This document shows positions 25,150-39,140 of a stretch of DNA of 64,000 nucleotides, in pieces. The position numbers and the translations under genes are program-made. Within the stretch, counting starts at the first letter, position 1. Every line of letters starts with the position of its first letter. Origin of the DNA: Chrysemys picta bellii (lineage: Eukaryota); the NCBI RefSeq assembly GCF_011386835.1, contig NC_088791.1:88660001-88724000 (forward strand), given 5' to 3'. The notes beneath the pieces are model-generated. The model saw nothing but the letters and a program-made list of their open reading frames with translations, did not search any database and was not told the origin of the DNA.

Positions 25150-26451
25150 GTTTTACATTAGACTGCAAGTTTAATGAAGTTGGTGTGTGTATTGGGTTTT
25201 TTTTTTTTTGCAATGTGGTGGCAATGGAAGTGAAAAAAAGGCATGGAGTACATCTTTGATGGCATTGCAGGCAGTGTGAAGGTGAAAGGAAGCCACAAGT
25301 CTGTCACTTTAACTTTTTATTGCCATTTAAAAAAAGTTTTGGGTGGATAAAATGTATCATGCCATATCCTGTATTGCCACTAAATATAGTATTTTTTTTC
25401 TAATTTACTAGATTTTTTTATATAGCTTTGGTGTACCTCAGTGGATAGGACCACAGAATCTGGGAAAAGGGAGATGCACCTGCCTGGGATTCAGAGGGGA
25501 ACAGTGAGACGCAGAAGCCACTTCTGATTATGCTGACCCTCCCGAGGAGTGTGAGCTGCTGCGATATGCCTCAGTAAATAATTTGTCTATAGCATTTTAT
25601 CCCTGCTAACGAGTTACTGAATATAAGTACTATTCTCCATGTGTAACAGTGATGACATAACCTGTCAGCTGGAGGAAACCTCTATGAAGGAGCTTTGGTC
25701 ATCACTCATATCACCATACACGCCATAGCCTCTCATGGAATTCTGGAACCTGAATACAGCATTTGCTTGCATTACACTGCCCTTTCATCTCGGTCCCTTC
25801 TCCCTGCCAGTATGAACATACCTCTCAACCTTCCAACATGTCAGTGTGGGAAAAGTGTAACACTCACTGCCTTGGCTGATGGTGGGGAGTGAACTGATGA
25901 CCTCAGGAGCTAAAAGCATATGCTTTTACATTTTGTGTTACAGAGTCCAACTTTTGAGTAGGCAACTGTCACAGACATGGCTGGGGACCCAAAGGGGATG
26001 CACCACACACATGCTGAATAATGGATTATACAGGAAAAATGTATGACGACTGAAATGTAAAATTATGTGTATGTCAGCGGTTTACAGCATAATTTACAGA
26101 GTATCATAGTTTTAAAGTACACAATCTGTTTTAAGGATGTCTTCTCATAGTGTGCATCACTACCCTTACTTCATATAGACCACCAGCAGGTTTAAATCCC
26201 TTGCTTAAACTCTTACTACCTGAGGTACAAGATTAATTGCTAGCCCCATTGTATACTAGCCACTGGAGGGGCTTTAACACACACTTTATCAGTGGGTTAC
26301 ACAGATATTTATTAGTCATCAGTAGAACATTGGTGACCAAGAATCCTGAATTCTATCCTAGGCTCTGGGAGAGGAGTGTACTTTGTAGTGATTAGAAACA
26401 GGATAACCAAAACTGCTTTATGTTACCCTTAAAGGTAATGGATAACACAAG

Positions 26452-26725
26452 GGCCTTGTCTACACTAGAAAATTAGGTTGTTTTTCCTACATTGGTCAGG
26501 GTGTGAAAAATCCACACCCCTGAGCAGCAAAGTTAAACTGACCTAAGTCCCTATGTAGACAGCTCTAGGTCAATAGAAGAATTCTTCTGTCAACCTATCA
26601 CCTCTTGGGGAGGTGGATTACCTATGCCAATGGGAAAATCCCTCCGGTCGCAGTAGGTAGTGGCTACACTGAAGTGCTGCAGCAGCACCACTATGCTGCT
26701 GTAGTATTTTAAGTGTAGACAAGCC
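26452..26725. mobile_element. Harbinger-type MITE
   Basis: TIRs GGCCTTGTCTACACT / AGTGTAGACAAGCC, sharing the GTCTACACT core of the large Harbingers. Confidence 0.75.
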
Positions 26726-27612
26726 AAGGGTTTGTTATGTTAGAGACCTGGCCTGCAGTGACCTCATGTGCTTGTTTGGGTTCATGACCTTAGTCAATAA
26801 TAAGGGTAATGAAGTGCATGGGAATTTAAGGAACAGTTAGAAAAGGTAAAATTGTAACTGCTAATCTCCTATATCTTTGATCTGGGAATTTTCTCCTAGG
26901 CTGCAATGGTATTTGAGCTCAGAGGTTCTTGTGTGTTTTTGTCCCCAAAAGTGAGCAATAGCATTCATACCACTGAAGATTTGTTATCAAATTCAGTGGG
27001 TTCTCCTTGATGCACATATTTATCATTATGGCTATAACATTATATAATTATCTATAGACAAATACAACCTATGTATAACAGATACTCTAGGATTCAGTCC
27101 ATAAGGAGCAACAATGTGGAGAAAGGTCAGGCCCTAGAAAAGTGAGACAACCCAGTGAAAAATTGCCCCCAAAGATTAATTTTACACTCTTATTCTTCTC
27201 TCTGTATTAGATTCTTAGACTTAGACCTGGTCTACACTACGAGTTTAGGTTGAATTTAGCAGTGTTGGATCGATTTAACCCTGCACCCATCCACACAACG
27301 AAGGCATTTCTGTCAACTTAAAGGGCTCTTAAAATCGATTTCGGTACTTCTCCCCGATGAGGGGATTAGCGCTGAAATCAACCTTGCTGGGTCGAATTTG
27401 GGGTAGTGTGGACGCAATTTGACGATATTGTTCTCCGGGAGCTATCCCAGAGTGCTTCATTGTGACCACTCTGGACAGCACTCTCAACTCTGATGCACTG
27501 GCCAGGTAGACAGGAAAAGCCCCACGAACTTTTGAATTTCATTTCCTGTTTGGCCAGCATGGCGAGCTGATCAGCACAGGAGACCATGCAGAGCTCATCA
27601 GCACAGGTGACC

Positions 27613-29440
27613 ATGCTGTCCCAGAATTTCAAAAGAGCTCCAGCATGGACCAAACGGGAGGTACTGGATCTGATTGCTGTTTGAGGAGATGAATCCGTGC
27701 TATCCGAACTCCATTCCAAAAGACGAAATGCCCAAATATTTGAAAAAATCTCCAAGGGCATGAAGGACAGAGGCTATAACAGGGACCTGCAGCAGTGCCA
27801 CCTGAAACTTAAGGAGCTCAGACAAGCCTACCAAAGAACCAGAGAGGCAAACGGCCGCTCCGGGTCAGAGCCCCAGACATGCCGCTTCTATGATGAGCTG
27901 CATGCATTCTAGGGGGTGCCCCTACAACTACCCCACCCCTGTGCGTGGACTCCATCAATGGATTCTCACACAACAGGGATGCGGATTTTGGGGACAAGGA
28001 AGATGATGATGAGGGGGACATTGAAGATAGAGCATAGCATGCAAGGGGAGAAAACTTTTTCCCCTGACAGCCGGGAACTCTTTATCACCCTAGACCCAGT
28101 ACCCTCCCAACCCACCCAAGGCAGGCTCACGGACCTTGAAGGCGGAGAAGGGACCTCTGGTGAGTGTACCTCTGTAAATATTGTACATGGTTTAAAAGCA
28201 AGCATGTTTAATGATTAATTTGCCCTGAAAACTTGGGTTGCATTCGCGGCCAGTACAGCTACTGGAAAAGTCTGTTAACGTGTATGGGGATGGAGCATAA
28301 ATCCTCCAGGGACATCTCAATGAAGCTCTCCTGGATGTACTCCCAAAGCTTTTGCAAAAGGTTTCTGGAGAGGGCAGCCTTATTCCGTCCTCCATGGTAG
28401 CACACTTTATCACGCCAGGCCAGTAGCACGTAGTCTGGAATCATTGCATATCAAAGCATGGCAGTGTATGGTCCCAGTGTTTGCTGGCATTCCAGCAACA
28501 TCCGTTCTTTATCTCTCTGTGTTATCCTAAGGAGAGTGATATCATTCACGGTCACCTGGTTGAAATAGGGGAATTTTATTAAGGGGACATTCAGAGCTGG
28601 CTGTTCCTGCTGGGCTGTTTGCCTGTGGCTGAACAGAAATCATCCCCGCTGTGCGCCACGCAGTGGGGGGAGGGGTGAAGCGATCATCCCAGATAATAGG
28701 GTGTGTGTATGTGGGGGAAGAGGGGCTTAGTTGGGTTTGTGCTGCACTTTAACCCGAAAACCGCAGCCCCTCCTTTTAAATGGCCAACCCATTTTAAATG
28801 GCCAACCCAACAGGTGCTTGGTATGGGAAATGAGGGTGCTGCTGTTTGAAACCATGTAATGTTAACAGCTTGGTTCACCGTGAAAGAGTCTACCCATTGT
28901 TCTCTAAAATGTGTCTTTTTAAATACTACTCTCCCTTTTTTTCCTCCCGCAGCTGCAAATGTTTCAACGCTCTCTATATCATCTGTGTCCCAGAGGCTAG
29001 CGAAGATTAGAAGGTTAAAAAAATGCACTTGTGATGAAATGTTCTCTGAGCTTATGCAGTCCTCCCACACTGAAAGAGCCCAGCAGAATGCATGGAGGCA
29101 GACACTTTCAGAGTGCAGGAAATCACTAAATGAACGCGAGGACATGTGGCGGGATCAAGATGATAGGTGGCGTCAGTGTGATGAGAGGAGGCAGGATGCA
29201 ATGCTGAGGCTACTAGAAGATCAAACTGATATTCTCCAGCATATTGTTGAGGTGCAGAAAAGGAAGCAGGAGCACAGACCGCCACTGCAGCCCCTGTGTA
29301 ACGAACTGCCCTCCTCCCCAAGTTCCATAGCCTCCTCACCCAGATGCCCAAGAACGCGGTGGGGGAGCCTCCGGGCACCCAACCACTCCACCCTAAAGGA
29401 CTCTCCAAGCAACAAAAGGCTGGCATTCAATAAGTTTTGA
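27613..29440 (+). pseudogene. Harbinger Myb/SANT-like DNA-binding gene, 2 exons (27613-28159, 28953-29440)
   Basis: KRAPAWTKREVLDLIAV*GDESV..RNAQIFEKISKGMKDRGYNRD..QCHLKLKELRQAY..CRFYDELH. Donor GTGAGT at 28160 and acceptor CCCGCAG at 28952. TGA at 27682. Confidence 0.85.
28259..28555 (-). pseudogene. BEN-domain-like exon (98 codons) antisense within the Myb intron (copy 1)
   Basis: Acceptor CCCCTATTTCAACCAG|GTG. VTVNDITLLRITQRDKERMLLECQQTLGPYTAML*YAMIPDYVLLAWRDKVCYHGGRNKAALSRNLLQKLWEYIQESFIEMSLEDLCSIPIHVNRLFQ*, with one internal stop. Confidence 0.7.
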
Positions 29441-29699
29441 AGTGCAGTGTAACCTTGTCCTTCCCTCCTCCACCACCCCACCTGGTGCTGTCCTCTTCCG
29501 CCACCCCTCCTGGGCTACCTTGGCAGTTATCCCCCCATTTGTGTGATGAAATAATAAAGAATGCATGAATTTAAAATAACAATGATTTTATAGCCTCTGC
29601 AAGCAGTGATCAAAGGGGGGAGGGGAGGGTAGTTGACTTACAGGGAAGTAGGGTGAACCAAGGGGACAGGTTTTCATCAAGGATAAACAAACAGAACTT

Positions 29700-31614
29700 T
29701 CACACCGTAGCCTGGCCAGTCATGAAACTGGTTTTCAAAGCTTCTCCGATGTGCAGCGCGCCCTGCTGTGCTCTTCTAACTGCCCTGGTGTCTGGCTGCA
29801 CTTAATCAGCGGCCAGGCAATTTGCCTCAACCTCCCACCCTGCCATAAACGTCTCCCCCTTACTCACACAGATATTGTGGAGCACACAGCAAGCAGTAAT
29901 AACAATGGGAACATTGGTTTCGCTGAGGTCTAATCGAGTCAGTAAACTGCGCCAGCACTAGGGTTACCATACGTCCGGATTTTCCCGGACATGTCCGGCT
30001 TTTGGGGGCTCAAATCCCCGTCCGGGGGGAAATCCCCCAAAGCCGGGCATGTCCGGGAAAATCGGGAGGCTCGGCCGGGGCCTCTTTGTGCGGGGCCGGG
30101 GTCGCGGGGCCGGGGGCATGGTGCCGGGCCGGGCGCCAGGCCGGGCCAGTCCCGCGGGGCCGGGGGCGCGGGGCCGGTCCGGGCCCGCGGGGCCGGGGAG
30201 CCGGTCCGGGCCCGCGGGGCTGGGAGCCGGGCCCGCGGGGCTGGGAGCCGGGCCGGGGTTGGGGAGCCGGGCCCGCGGGGCTGGGAGCCGGGCCGGGGTC
30301 AGGGAGCCGGGCCGGGGTCGGGGAGCCGGGCTCGGGGAGCCGGGCCCGCGGGGCTGGGAGCCGGGCCCGCGGGGCTGGGAGCCGGGAGCCGGGGGTGGTC
30401 GGCCGGGGCCGCGCCTCCTCCCCCCCACAACCCCCCCCCCCTTACCTGCTTCAGGCTTCCCGCGAATTAAATGTTCGCGGGAAGCAGGGGAGAGGGCGGA
30501 GACTTTGAGAGGGGCGGAGTTGGGGCGGGGGCGGGGCCCCCGGGAGTGTCCTCCATTAGGAGGCACAAAATATGGTAACCCTAGCCAGCACACTTTATAG
30601 GTTCAAAGGCAAATTCTACCACCATTCTGCACTTGGTCAGCCTACAGTTGAACAGATCCTGACTACTGTCCAGGGTGCCTGTGTATAGCTTCATGAGCCA
30701 TGGCATTAAGGGGTAGGCTGGTCCCCAAGGATAACTATAGGCATTTCAACATCCCCAACAGTTATTTTCCAGTCTGGAAAGTAAGTCCCTTGCTGCAGCT
30801 GTTTACACAGACCAGAGTTCCTAAAGATGTGAGTGTTATGTACCTTTCCTGGCAATCCCATGTTGATATTGGTGAAACGTCCCGTGTGATCCACCAGTGC
30901 TTGCAGCACCATTGAAAAGTACCCCTTTTGGTTTATGTACTGGCTGCCTTGGTGCTCTAGTCCCAAGATAGGGATATGCGTTCCATCTATCGCCCCACCA
31001 CAGTTAGAGAATCCCATTGCAGCAAAGCCATCCACTATGACCTGCACATTTCCCAGAGTCACTACCCTTGACAGCAGCAGGTCAGTGATCGCCTTGGCTA
31101 CTTGGATCACAGCAGCCCCCACAATAGATTTGCCCACTCCAAATTGATTTCCGACTGACCGGTAGCTGTCTGGCATTGCAAGCTTCCAGAGGGCTATCGC
31201 CACTTGCTTGTGAACTGTGAGGGCTGCTCTCATCTTGACATTCTTGCGCTTCAGGGCAGGGGAAAGCAAGTCACAAAGTTCCATGAAAGTGCCCTTACGC
31301 ATGCGAAAGTTTTGTAGCCACTGGGAATCATCCCAGACCTGCAACACTATGCAGTCCCACCAGCCTGTGCTTGTTTCCCAGGCCCAGAATCAGTGTTCCA
31401 CGGCATGAACCTGCCCCATTACCACCATGATGTCCAAATTGCCAGGGCCCATGCTTTGCGAGAAGTCTGTGTCCATGTCCTCATCACTCTCGTCACCGTG
31501 CTGCCATCGACTCCTCACCTGCTTTTGCAGGTTCTGGTGCTGCATACACTGCAGGATAATGCGTGTAGTGTTTACTGTGCTCATAACTGCCGCGGTGATC
31601 TGACCGGGCTCCAT
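29700..31614 (-). pseudogene. Harbinger transposase (copy 1), frameshifted and split by a hAT MITE
   Basis: MEPGQITAAV start, GGAIDGTHIP, YINQKGYFSMVLQALVDH and VILGD followed by a frameshift. Confidence 0.92.
29959..30583. mobile_element. Young hAT MITE with GC-rich tandem interior
   Basis: Perfect 13-bp TIR TAGGGTTACCATA / TATGGTAACCCTA. Perfect 8-bp TSD GCCAGCAC. Confidence 0.93.
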
Positions 31615-31984
31615 ACTTGCCGTGGTATGGTGTCTACACAGAAAAAAGGCGCGAAATGATTCTCAGCTGTTGCTTTCACTGAGAGAGGGGGGCCTGATGA
31701 CATGTACCCAGAACCACCCGCAATAATGTTTTTGCCCCATCAGGCATTGGGAGCTCAACCCAGAATTCCAATGGGCGGTGGACTGTGGGAACTGTGGGAT
31801 AGCTACCACAGTGCAATGCTCCGAAAGTAGACGCTAGCCTCGGTACTGTGGACGCACTGCGTCGACTTAATGCGCTTAGTGGGGACGCACACAATCGATT
31901 GTATCAAATCGATTTCTAAAAAAACGACTTCTATTAAATTGACCTAATTTCGTAGTGTAGGTCCCTTCTTGACTTAAAGGGTAT

Positions 31985-32900
31985 GTCATCATCATGATCA
32001 TCTAGTCAGACCTTCTGCACATTGCAGGCCACAGAACCTCATCCACCTGCTCTTGCAATAGGCCCATAACCTGTATCTGAGTTACTTAAGTCCTCAAATA
32101 TTGATTTAAAGACTTCAAAGTTGCAAAGAATCCACCATTTAATCTAATTCAAACCAGCAACTGACCCTTGCCCAACACTGCAGAGGAAGACAAAAAATCC
32201 CCAGCATCTCTGCTAATCTGACCTTGAGGAAAATTCCTTCCTGACCCCAAATATGGTGATCAGTTAGACCCTGAGCATGTGGGTCAGACCCACCAACCAG
32301 ACTCCTGGGAAAGAATTCTCTGTAGTAACTCAGAGCTTTCCCCATCTAGTGTCCCATCTCCAACCATTGGAGATATTTGCTAATAGAAATTGTGGCTGGG
32401 CCATATGCCACAGTAGGCTGGTTCAGAACTTCACTCCTCTGACGGTTAGAAATCTTTGTCTAATTTCAAGTGTAAACTTGTTGATGGCATGTGTATATCC
32501 ATATCTTCTTGTGCACCTTTAATCCTTAATTTAAAGAACTCCTCTCCCTCCTTGGTGTTTATCCCTCTGATGTATGTATGGACAGCAATCATATCTTCCT
32601 TCAGCCTTCATTTTGTTAGGTTAAACAAGCCCAGCTCCTTAAGTCTCTCTGGTAAGGCAAGTTCTCCATTCCTCTGATCATTCCAGTATAATTTTTCAGT
32701 ACCTATTCCAGAATGATTTAATCGTTCTTAAATATGGAAGAATAGACTTGAACACAGTATTCCAGTTGAGGTCTCACTAGTCCCTTGTACAATGGTAATA
32801 ACACTTACCTATCTCTATAGAAAAAACCTTGCCTGATTCATCCTAGGATTGCATTAGCCTTGTTCATGGCCACTTCATATTGGCAACTCATGGTCATCCT
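31985..32900 (-). mobile_element. CR1 3' fragment
   Basis: ATGATCATCTAGTCAGACCTTCTG 3' signature. AGATTTCTAACCGTCAGAGGAGTGAAGTTCTG on the minus strand. Confidence 0.85.
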
Positions 32901-33214
32901 GTGTTATTTATCAAATCACCATAAAAAAAATCAAAGATCCTCAGTGTTTATAGTCTATGTTTTTATTTTTGCCTTTTCAATGCAATTGTTACAAAGATCC
33001 TGTTTAAAGCTCTTATTAAACTGAACTTTGTAATACAAACTTAACCGTGGTACAACTATACCATAATTGAAAAGGCTACCCCTCTAAGGTAATAAAGGTG
33101 TTAGTGGGTCACTGCCATTTCTTAACACATACAGAGGGCAGCTAGACACAATTATGACAAAACTTTATTTGTATTTAAAAATAAATAAATGCCCCCTTTC
33201 CGCCTACACACACC

Positions 33215-33217
<3 letters not shown>

Positions 33218-33261
<44 letters not shown>

Positions 33262-33265
33262 GCAC
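33218..33265. repeat. (CA)n microsatellite
   Basis: Direct inspection. Confidence 0.95.
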
Positions 33266-33469
33266 TGAGCAGACAATGAAGGACACTCTTCTCACCCTAC
33301 TACCTTACCATTAAGGCTGACTCTATACCAACAGTGATTCTGGGTGACCTAACATACCTAACTTTGCCACAGATCATGAAACTATAACCCAGTTTCACAG
33401 ACTTAGACACTGCTTCAACTACAATCTCCTTGTCATCCATATACACCTTTGCACAGTTGTCTGGTTTCC

Positions 33470-33990
33470 TACCTTCATGATCTTAACAGAAGCAAAGGTG
33501 TACATGAATGGGAAAGAAGTTGATCAGATAGAAGAGTCTTGGCTACCAGGGGATGTGATGATATTTGAAGGTGGCTGCCATAAAGATATTCATACAAGAT
33601 TAGAAAAAGTAAATACCACCTTTGGAAGGATGAACAACATCTGGGCAAACAGAGGTCTCCATACCAAACTAAAGATCAGACTATACTATGTGGTTGTACT
33701 GAACACAGTATTGTGAAGAGCAAAGATTTGGAAGATGACAGTGACTAACAAAAAGAGATTAGAAGCTGCCAATTACAGATGGTTGAGGAAGACACTACAC
33801 AATTAATGAATGTCCCTAATCAGTGGAAGAACTGGATTGCCTGATGTGTCAGTGGCTCAGGAGGAACTAAGGAAAGGTTACTGAAATAGAAAAATGAGAG
33901 GTTGATACACATAAGGCTGCTAAAAGCCTTCCTTCTATCTAAACAATGAAGGCACCTCCCAAAAACACACCACTCAGAAGTCCACCAAGT
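33470..33990 (+). mobile_element. RTE-clade LINE, RT C-terminal fragment
   Basis: VDQIEE..EGGCHKDIHTRLEKVNTTFGRMNNIW..KLKIRLY..W..KKRLEAA..RWLRK. Confidence 0.7.
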
Positions 33991-34214
33991 TGCGCATGTT
34001 AAGATTTCTGCTGAGATAAGAGAATTGTTAACATAACAGAGCAAAATGTTCTTATGATGACAATAAATATGCACATACAGATAATTGTTTTTATTGAGAA
34101 AACATTGCCATGGTTTTTTTGGACACTAGTTTTCTGGGAGTACTTGTCAACTTGGTTATGTGTGGCAGTGGGTATTACTAGCATCACCATCACATTATAT
34201 ATTTTAATAAACCT

Positions 34215-34760
34215 AAGTGCAAGGTTATACACCTAGGGACAAAGAATGTAGGACACACTTACAGGCTGGTTGACTCTGTCCTGGAAAACAGTGACTCTGA
34301 AAAAGGTAGGTAGCCAATTAAACAGGAGCTCTGAGTGCAATGCTGTTGCTAAGAGTTCTAACACAAACCTTAGATGTATAATTAGGGTGGTATTACTTCT
34401 TTATGTGGCTTTGGTGATACCATTATAGTAATTCTTTGTCTAGTTCTAGTGTCCATGCTCCAAAAAGGATGTTGAAAAATTTGGACAGGTTTCAGAAAAC
34501 TCCAAGAATGAATTGAAGCCTGGAACATCTACCTTACAAAGACACTTCAGAAATTCATTCTGTTTAGCTTATACAAGAGAAGAGTAAGGGTGTTCTGTTC
34601 ACAGTCTCCAAGCACTGACCTGGAGAGTTTTTGTTTGTTTTGTTTTAGTTTAGTTTATAGTAGAGGGCTCTTAAATCTAGCAGGCAAAGGTATAACAAGA
34701 GCCAATGACTCAAAGCCTATATAAGGTGTCATCTTGGAACCAAGAGGGTAATTGGACCAG
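34215..34760 (+). mobile_element. CR1 3' fragment
   Basis: AAGGTTATACACCTAGGGACAAAGAATG and AAGGATGTTGAAAAATTTGGACAGGTTTCAG. Confidence 0.75.
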
Positions 34761-36867
34761 TGACAGTGAAATAATGTCTGCCTCCTACCTCTAGTCTCAC
34801 CCACCTCCCAAAAAGAGTCCATTTCAGCCAACCAGAAAAAATGTAGCTCTGCAACACTTCATTGTAACTAAACCGAAAGCATCAGAGAGAAAAAGATGCA
34901 TTTTCCTATATTCTGCTCTTCTTTTCTATGTGTTTGGGATGTTTGGTCTTAAAATAGACAACCTTCAAAAATAAAGCCAGAATTGTTCCCTTTAAAAAAA
35001 CTATAAATATACAATTAACACATGTAGTTAAAATATTTTTAACACACACAAAAGAAGATAGGTTGCTTACAAAAGTGTGGTGTAAAAGTAAAACTAAGTT
35101 CTTGGAAACAATACCCCAAACACAAGTTACTGTTACTGTGTCAAAACAAGAGAAATAAAGGTTATTTAAATAAATCACAGAAATCCTATCTAATCCACAA
35201 CACACCTACCCAACCTATTGCCAAAGGTTCTCTTTGTGACTGTAGAGGTCCAATTGGTAAATCTGAGTGTAATAAACTGATGGCCTAGCACTGAATAAGG
35301 AGCATTCTAATTGTAATGGGACTCAAAGGAAAGATGCTTTACCTCAGCCTGGAGAGAGAGCTGTTGCATGGCAGCAGGAAGTTTGTATTTCACATCAAGG
35401 CTACATTTTGGGAGGATGAACACATTTATTTGGAGCTTGAGATATAAAAGTGGGAGGCTTTGAAACGAGGAGGTATGAATAGCACTCCCCACCCACAATA
35501 TCACTGCTACAAGCTACCTGCACAACCCCAGAGTTCCAAGCTCTCTCCTATCAACGTTGCTTACCCCCCTGGAGCATAGATAAGCTAGTTATCCTTCATC
35601 CCTGCTCTGCAGGGAGTCGATGCAGTAAAGTGCATTAAACATGCTGGAGATAAATTATAAAATGGATTGTGGGGGAGATGGCTAGAGATGGAGTTATAGG
35701 CACTTGAGCAGTTCCCCCATAGCTGGTGCTTTGGCTCACTTGGGCTGAGGGAGGAACTTTGATCCTTCGGGATTGCAGCCATGGTATAGGCGGGGAATCG
35801 ATGCAGAAAATACCGATGTATTGGCTCATTATGGGACTCTGTGCTCCCCATAAAACGAGGATCCCCACCACCACCTGTCGCCCTCATGGCAACTTCGGCA
35901 CTCTACGACACCGAAACAGCAGCGCTCAGTACATGTGAGCTGGGAATCTACTAAAACTCTGATAACCTCTTAACTCAGTTCTGCAGGGCGTACTCTTTGG
36001 AGCGCCTCAATCTCTTCAGTACAGAAGGTGAAAGGAGAGAATGAGGAAAATGGGAAGCGCCGCTGGTGATTGGGAGGAACGAGGGAGAAGAGAGAGAAGA
36101 AAAAATACAAAACGCAGCTGAGTAGCAACGAAATGAAAACGGCTGGAGGGTTTGAAAAGCCCGCCCAGTGCAGCAATTGATCAGTGCGGCCCGTGGCCAC
36201 TCATTTCTTCTAGGGGTTTTCCTCTAAATTCAACGCTTCATTGCCCAGTCCCGGTAATTTGAGAAGCTAGTTTGGTTTAACACACCGCACCTCTAGATTT
36301 CATTAGTTCATTTCCAAACCAATCTAAATTAAATCGCAGGAAAGCTTTATTCCCTTAAATCAGAGCACACACATAAAGAGAAGGAGATCTATGAATGCTG
36401 TTCAGTTTTCATGTAATACATGTATCTTGATACTTTTCGTCCTTTTTATTGTACATCCACCTCTTCTTGTGCTTGTGTTTCAGCCAATCCTCTAAATTCA
36501 TTCACGTCTCTAAGGATCCTTTGTCAGAGTGACCTTCAAGCTGATACATTTGTTTTAAGACAGGCAGAACGACCAGACCACAATAAAAGGACTGGGGAGA
36601 TGGGTTAAATACGGAACATAAATCGTAAAACCTCATTTCGGCTATTTTTAGTTTCCATATATTGCATCTTGAACTACGAACGAAGCATACACTAAATTAC
36701 AAAATTATATCAACAACACCTAGAAATTCATTGCAATACAGTTACTGGTAACTCGAAAGGTTGATTAAGGCAGAACGTGGGGAACCCTAGGAGAAAAACT
36801 ACTGCGAAATGAATGATTTTAAAACACAAAGCGTACTCACTTTGTTAAATCCGTAAGACAATAATTT

Positions 36868-36906
36868 AGCTCTTTTCTGATCCTGTGGGTGGCTCTGAAA
36901 AGAGCC
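36868..36906 (-). terminator. H2A stem-loop + HDE
   Basis: Reverse strand GGCTCTTTTCAGAGCC-ACCCA and AGAAAAGAGCT. Confidence 0.95.
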
Positions 36907-36971
36907 TTTGGGTTATTTTTTTTTCTTTAATTTTAAGCAGAGTCGGATCTCTCGTTTTTCCTAGATTAGTT

Positions 36972-38081
<1,110 letters not shown>

Positions 38082-38118
38082 AGATCTATGGAACTAATGC
38101 TAACATCTGTAACCCAAA

Positions 38119-38158
38119 GGCTCTTTTCAGAGCCGCCCACCTATTCTGTAAAAGAGCT
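38119..38158 (+). terminator. H2B stem-loop + HDE
   Basis: GGCTCTTTTCAGAGCC then AAAAGAGCT. Confidence 0.95.
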
Positions 38159-39024
38159 TTAACACTAAACCATGCATGGTGTTGTTTTGACACACGTACT
38201 CTATTCTGTATTTTTAGTATGGGTGTTAGTTATTGATTGATGCTGGAAATGTATTTGCCCTATTGAGGAACCAAAAGCCACATAAATACAAGAAGTAAAA
38301 TTGAAGTTTACTGTATACGAATACTCAAATGATGAAAGTAAAAGTGTTATATATATATATCCTTTGTCACTGTTTTCTCTTATCTTCCAGTTGAGTGTGT
38401 GCATTCAGTATCCATATAAATGCTCCTTACTACTTTTCTGTCGGTTTTGCGTTGATTAACTCAATGTTTGCCTGACCAAGGACTTCCCATAAATGAAAAT
38501 TAACTCAAAACTTTTGATGAACTATTGCGTGGCACTTGAAATAGTTTTTAGCTGGCAAGGTTTGCGTCAATATCAAAGAAATTATGTAATCCCAAACAGT
38601 AAACCTAGGATACATTTGTATTGTGAAATAAGAAAAATACGAGGAAACAGTTTATGGAAGTATTGTAAATGAATCCAGGTACATTCTCCATCTGTCCTTA
38701 ATCTACACGTTAAATATAACGAGAAGAATTGGTGGGTTCTGGATTACATACCCAATCAATCCGAGGGGAAAGGAGTTTTTAGCTCACTCTCCCCTTTAAA
38801 TCATTCCGAATTAATACAAGAATGGAAATATGAATACATAAAAAAAAACTGGTCTACCTCCATGCCTGTTCTCTGGGACTAGTGTTCAGAAGTCATAAAT
38901 GGGTCAGTCTGAACATGAAACAGTGAGACAAGTACAATATTTATATACTGTGTGAGAGAAAAGAGAAAAATAGATTTCAGTAATCGGGCAATAACTATGT
39001 AGTTGGGATAGGAAATGCAGTTTT

Positions 39025-39140
39025 GTAGCCGTGTCTGTCCCAGGATATTAGCGACAAGGTGGGTCAGACATCTTATGTTGTATCAAGTTCTACTGGTGAG
39101 AGAGACAAGCTTAAAAGATATTCTCACCCACCTTGTCTCT
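39025..39140. mobile_element. Penelope-like terminal remnant (second family), internally deleted
   Basis: GTAGCCGTGT..CCCAGGATATTAG..ACAAGGTGGGT with inverted end CCCACCTTGTCTCT. Family assignment is from recall. Confidence 0.45.

Larger units (their letters stand above)
27224..31963. mobile_element. PIF/Harbinger transposon, full-length but inactivated (copy 1)
   Basis: TTA|GACCTGGTCTACACTACG left end and degenerate CGTAGTGTAG right end. Convergent Myb (+) and transposase (-) genes. Confidence 0.9.

Noticed and set aside
29964-30600. Several 150-210 aa Gly/Pro/Arg-rich ORFs on both strands
   Set aside because: Stop-free artefacts of the GC-rich tandem interior of a TIR/TSD-bounded MITE.
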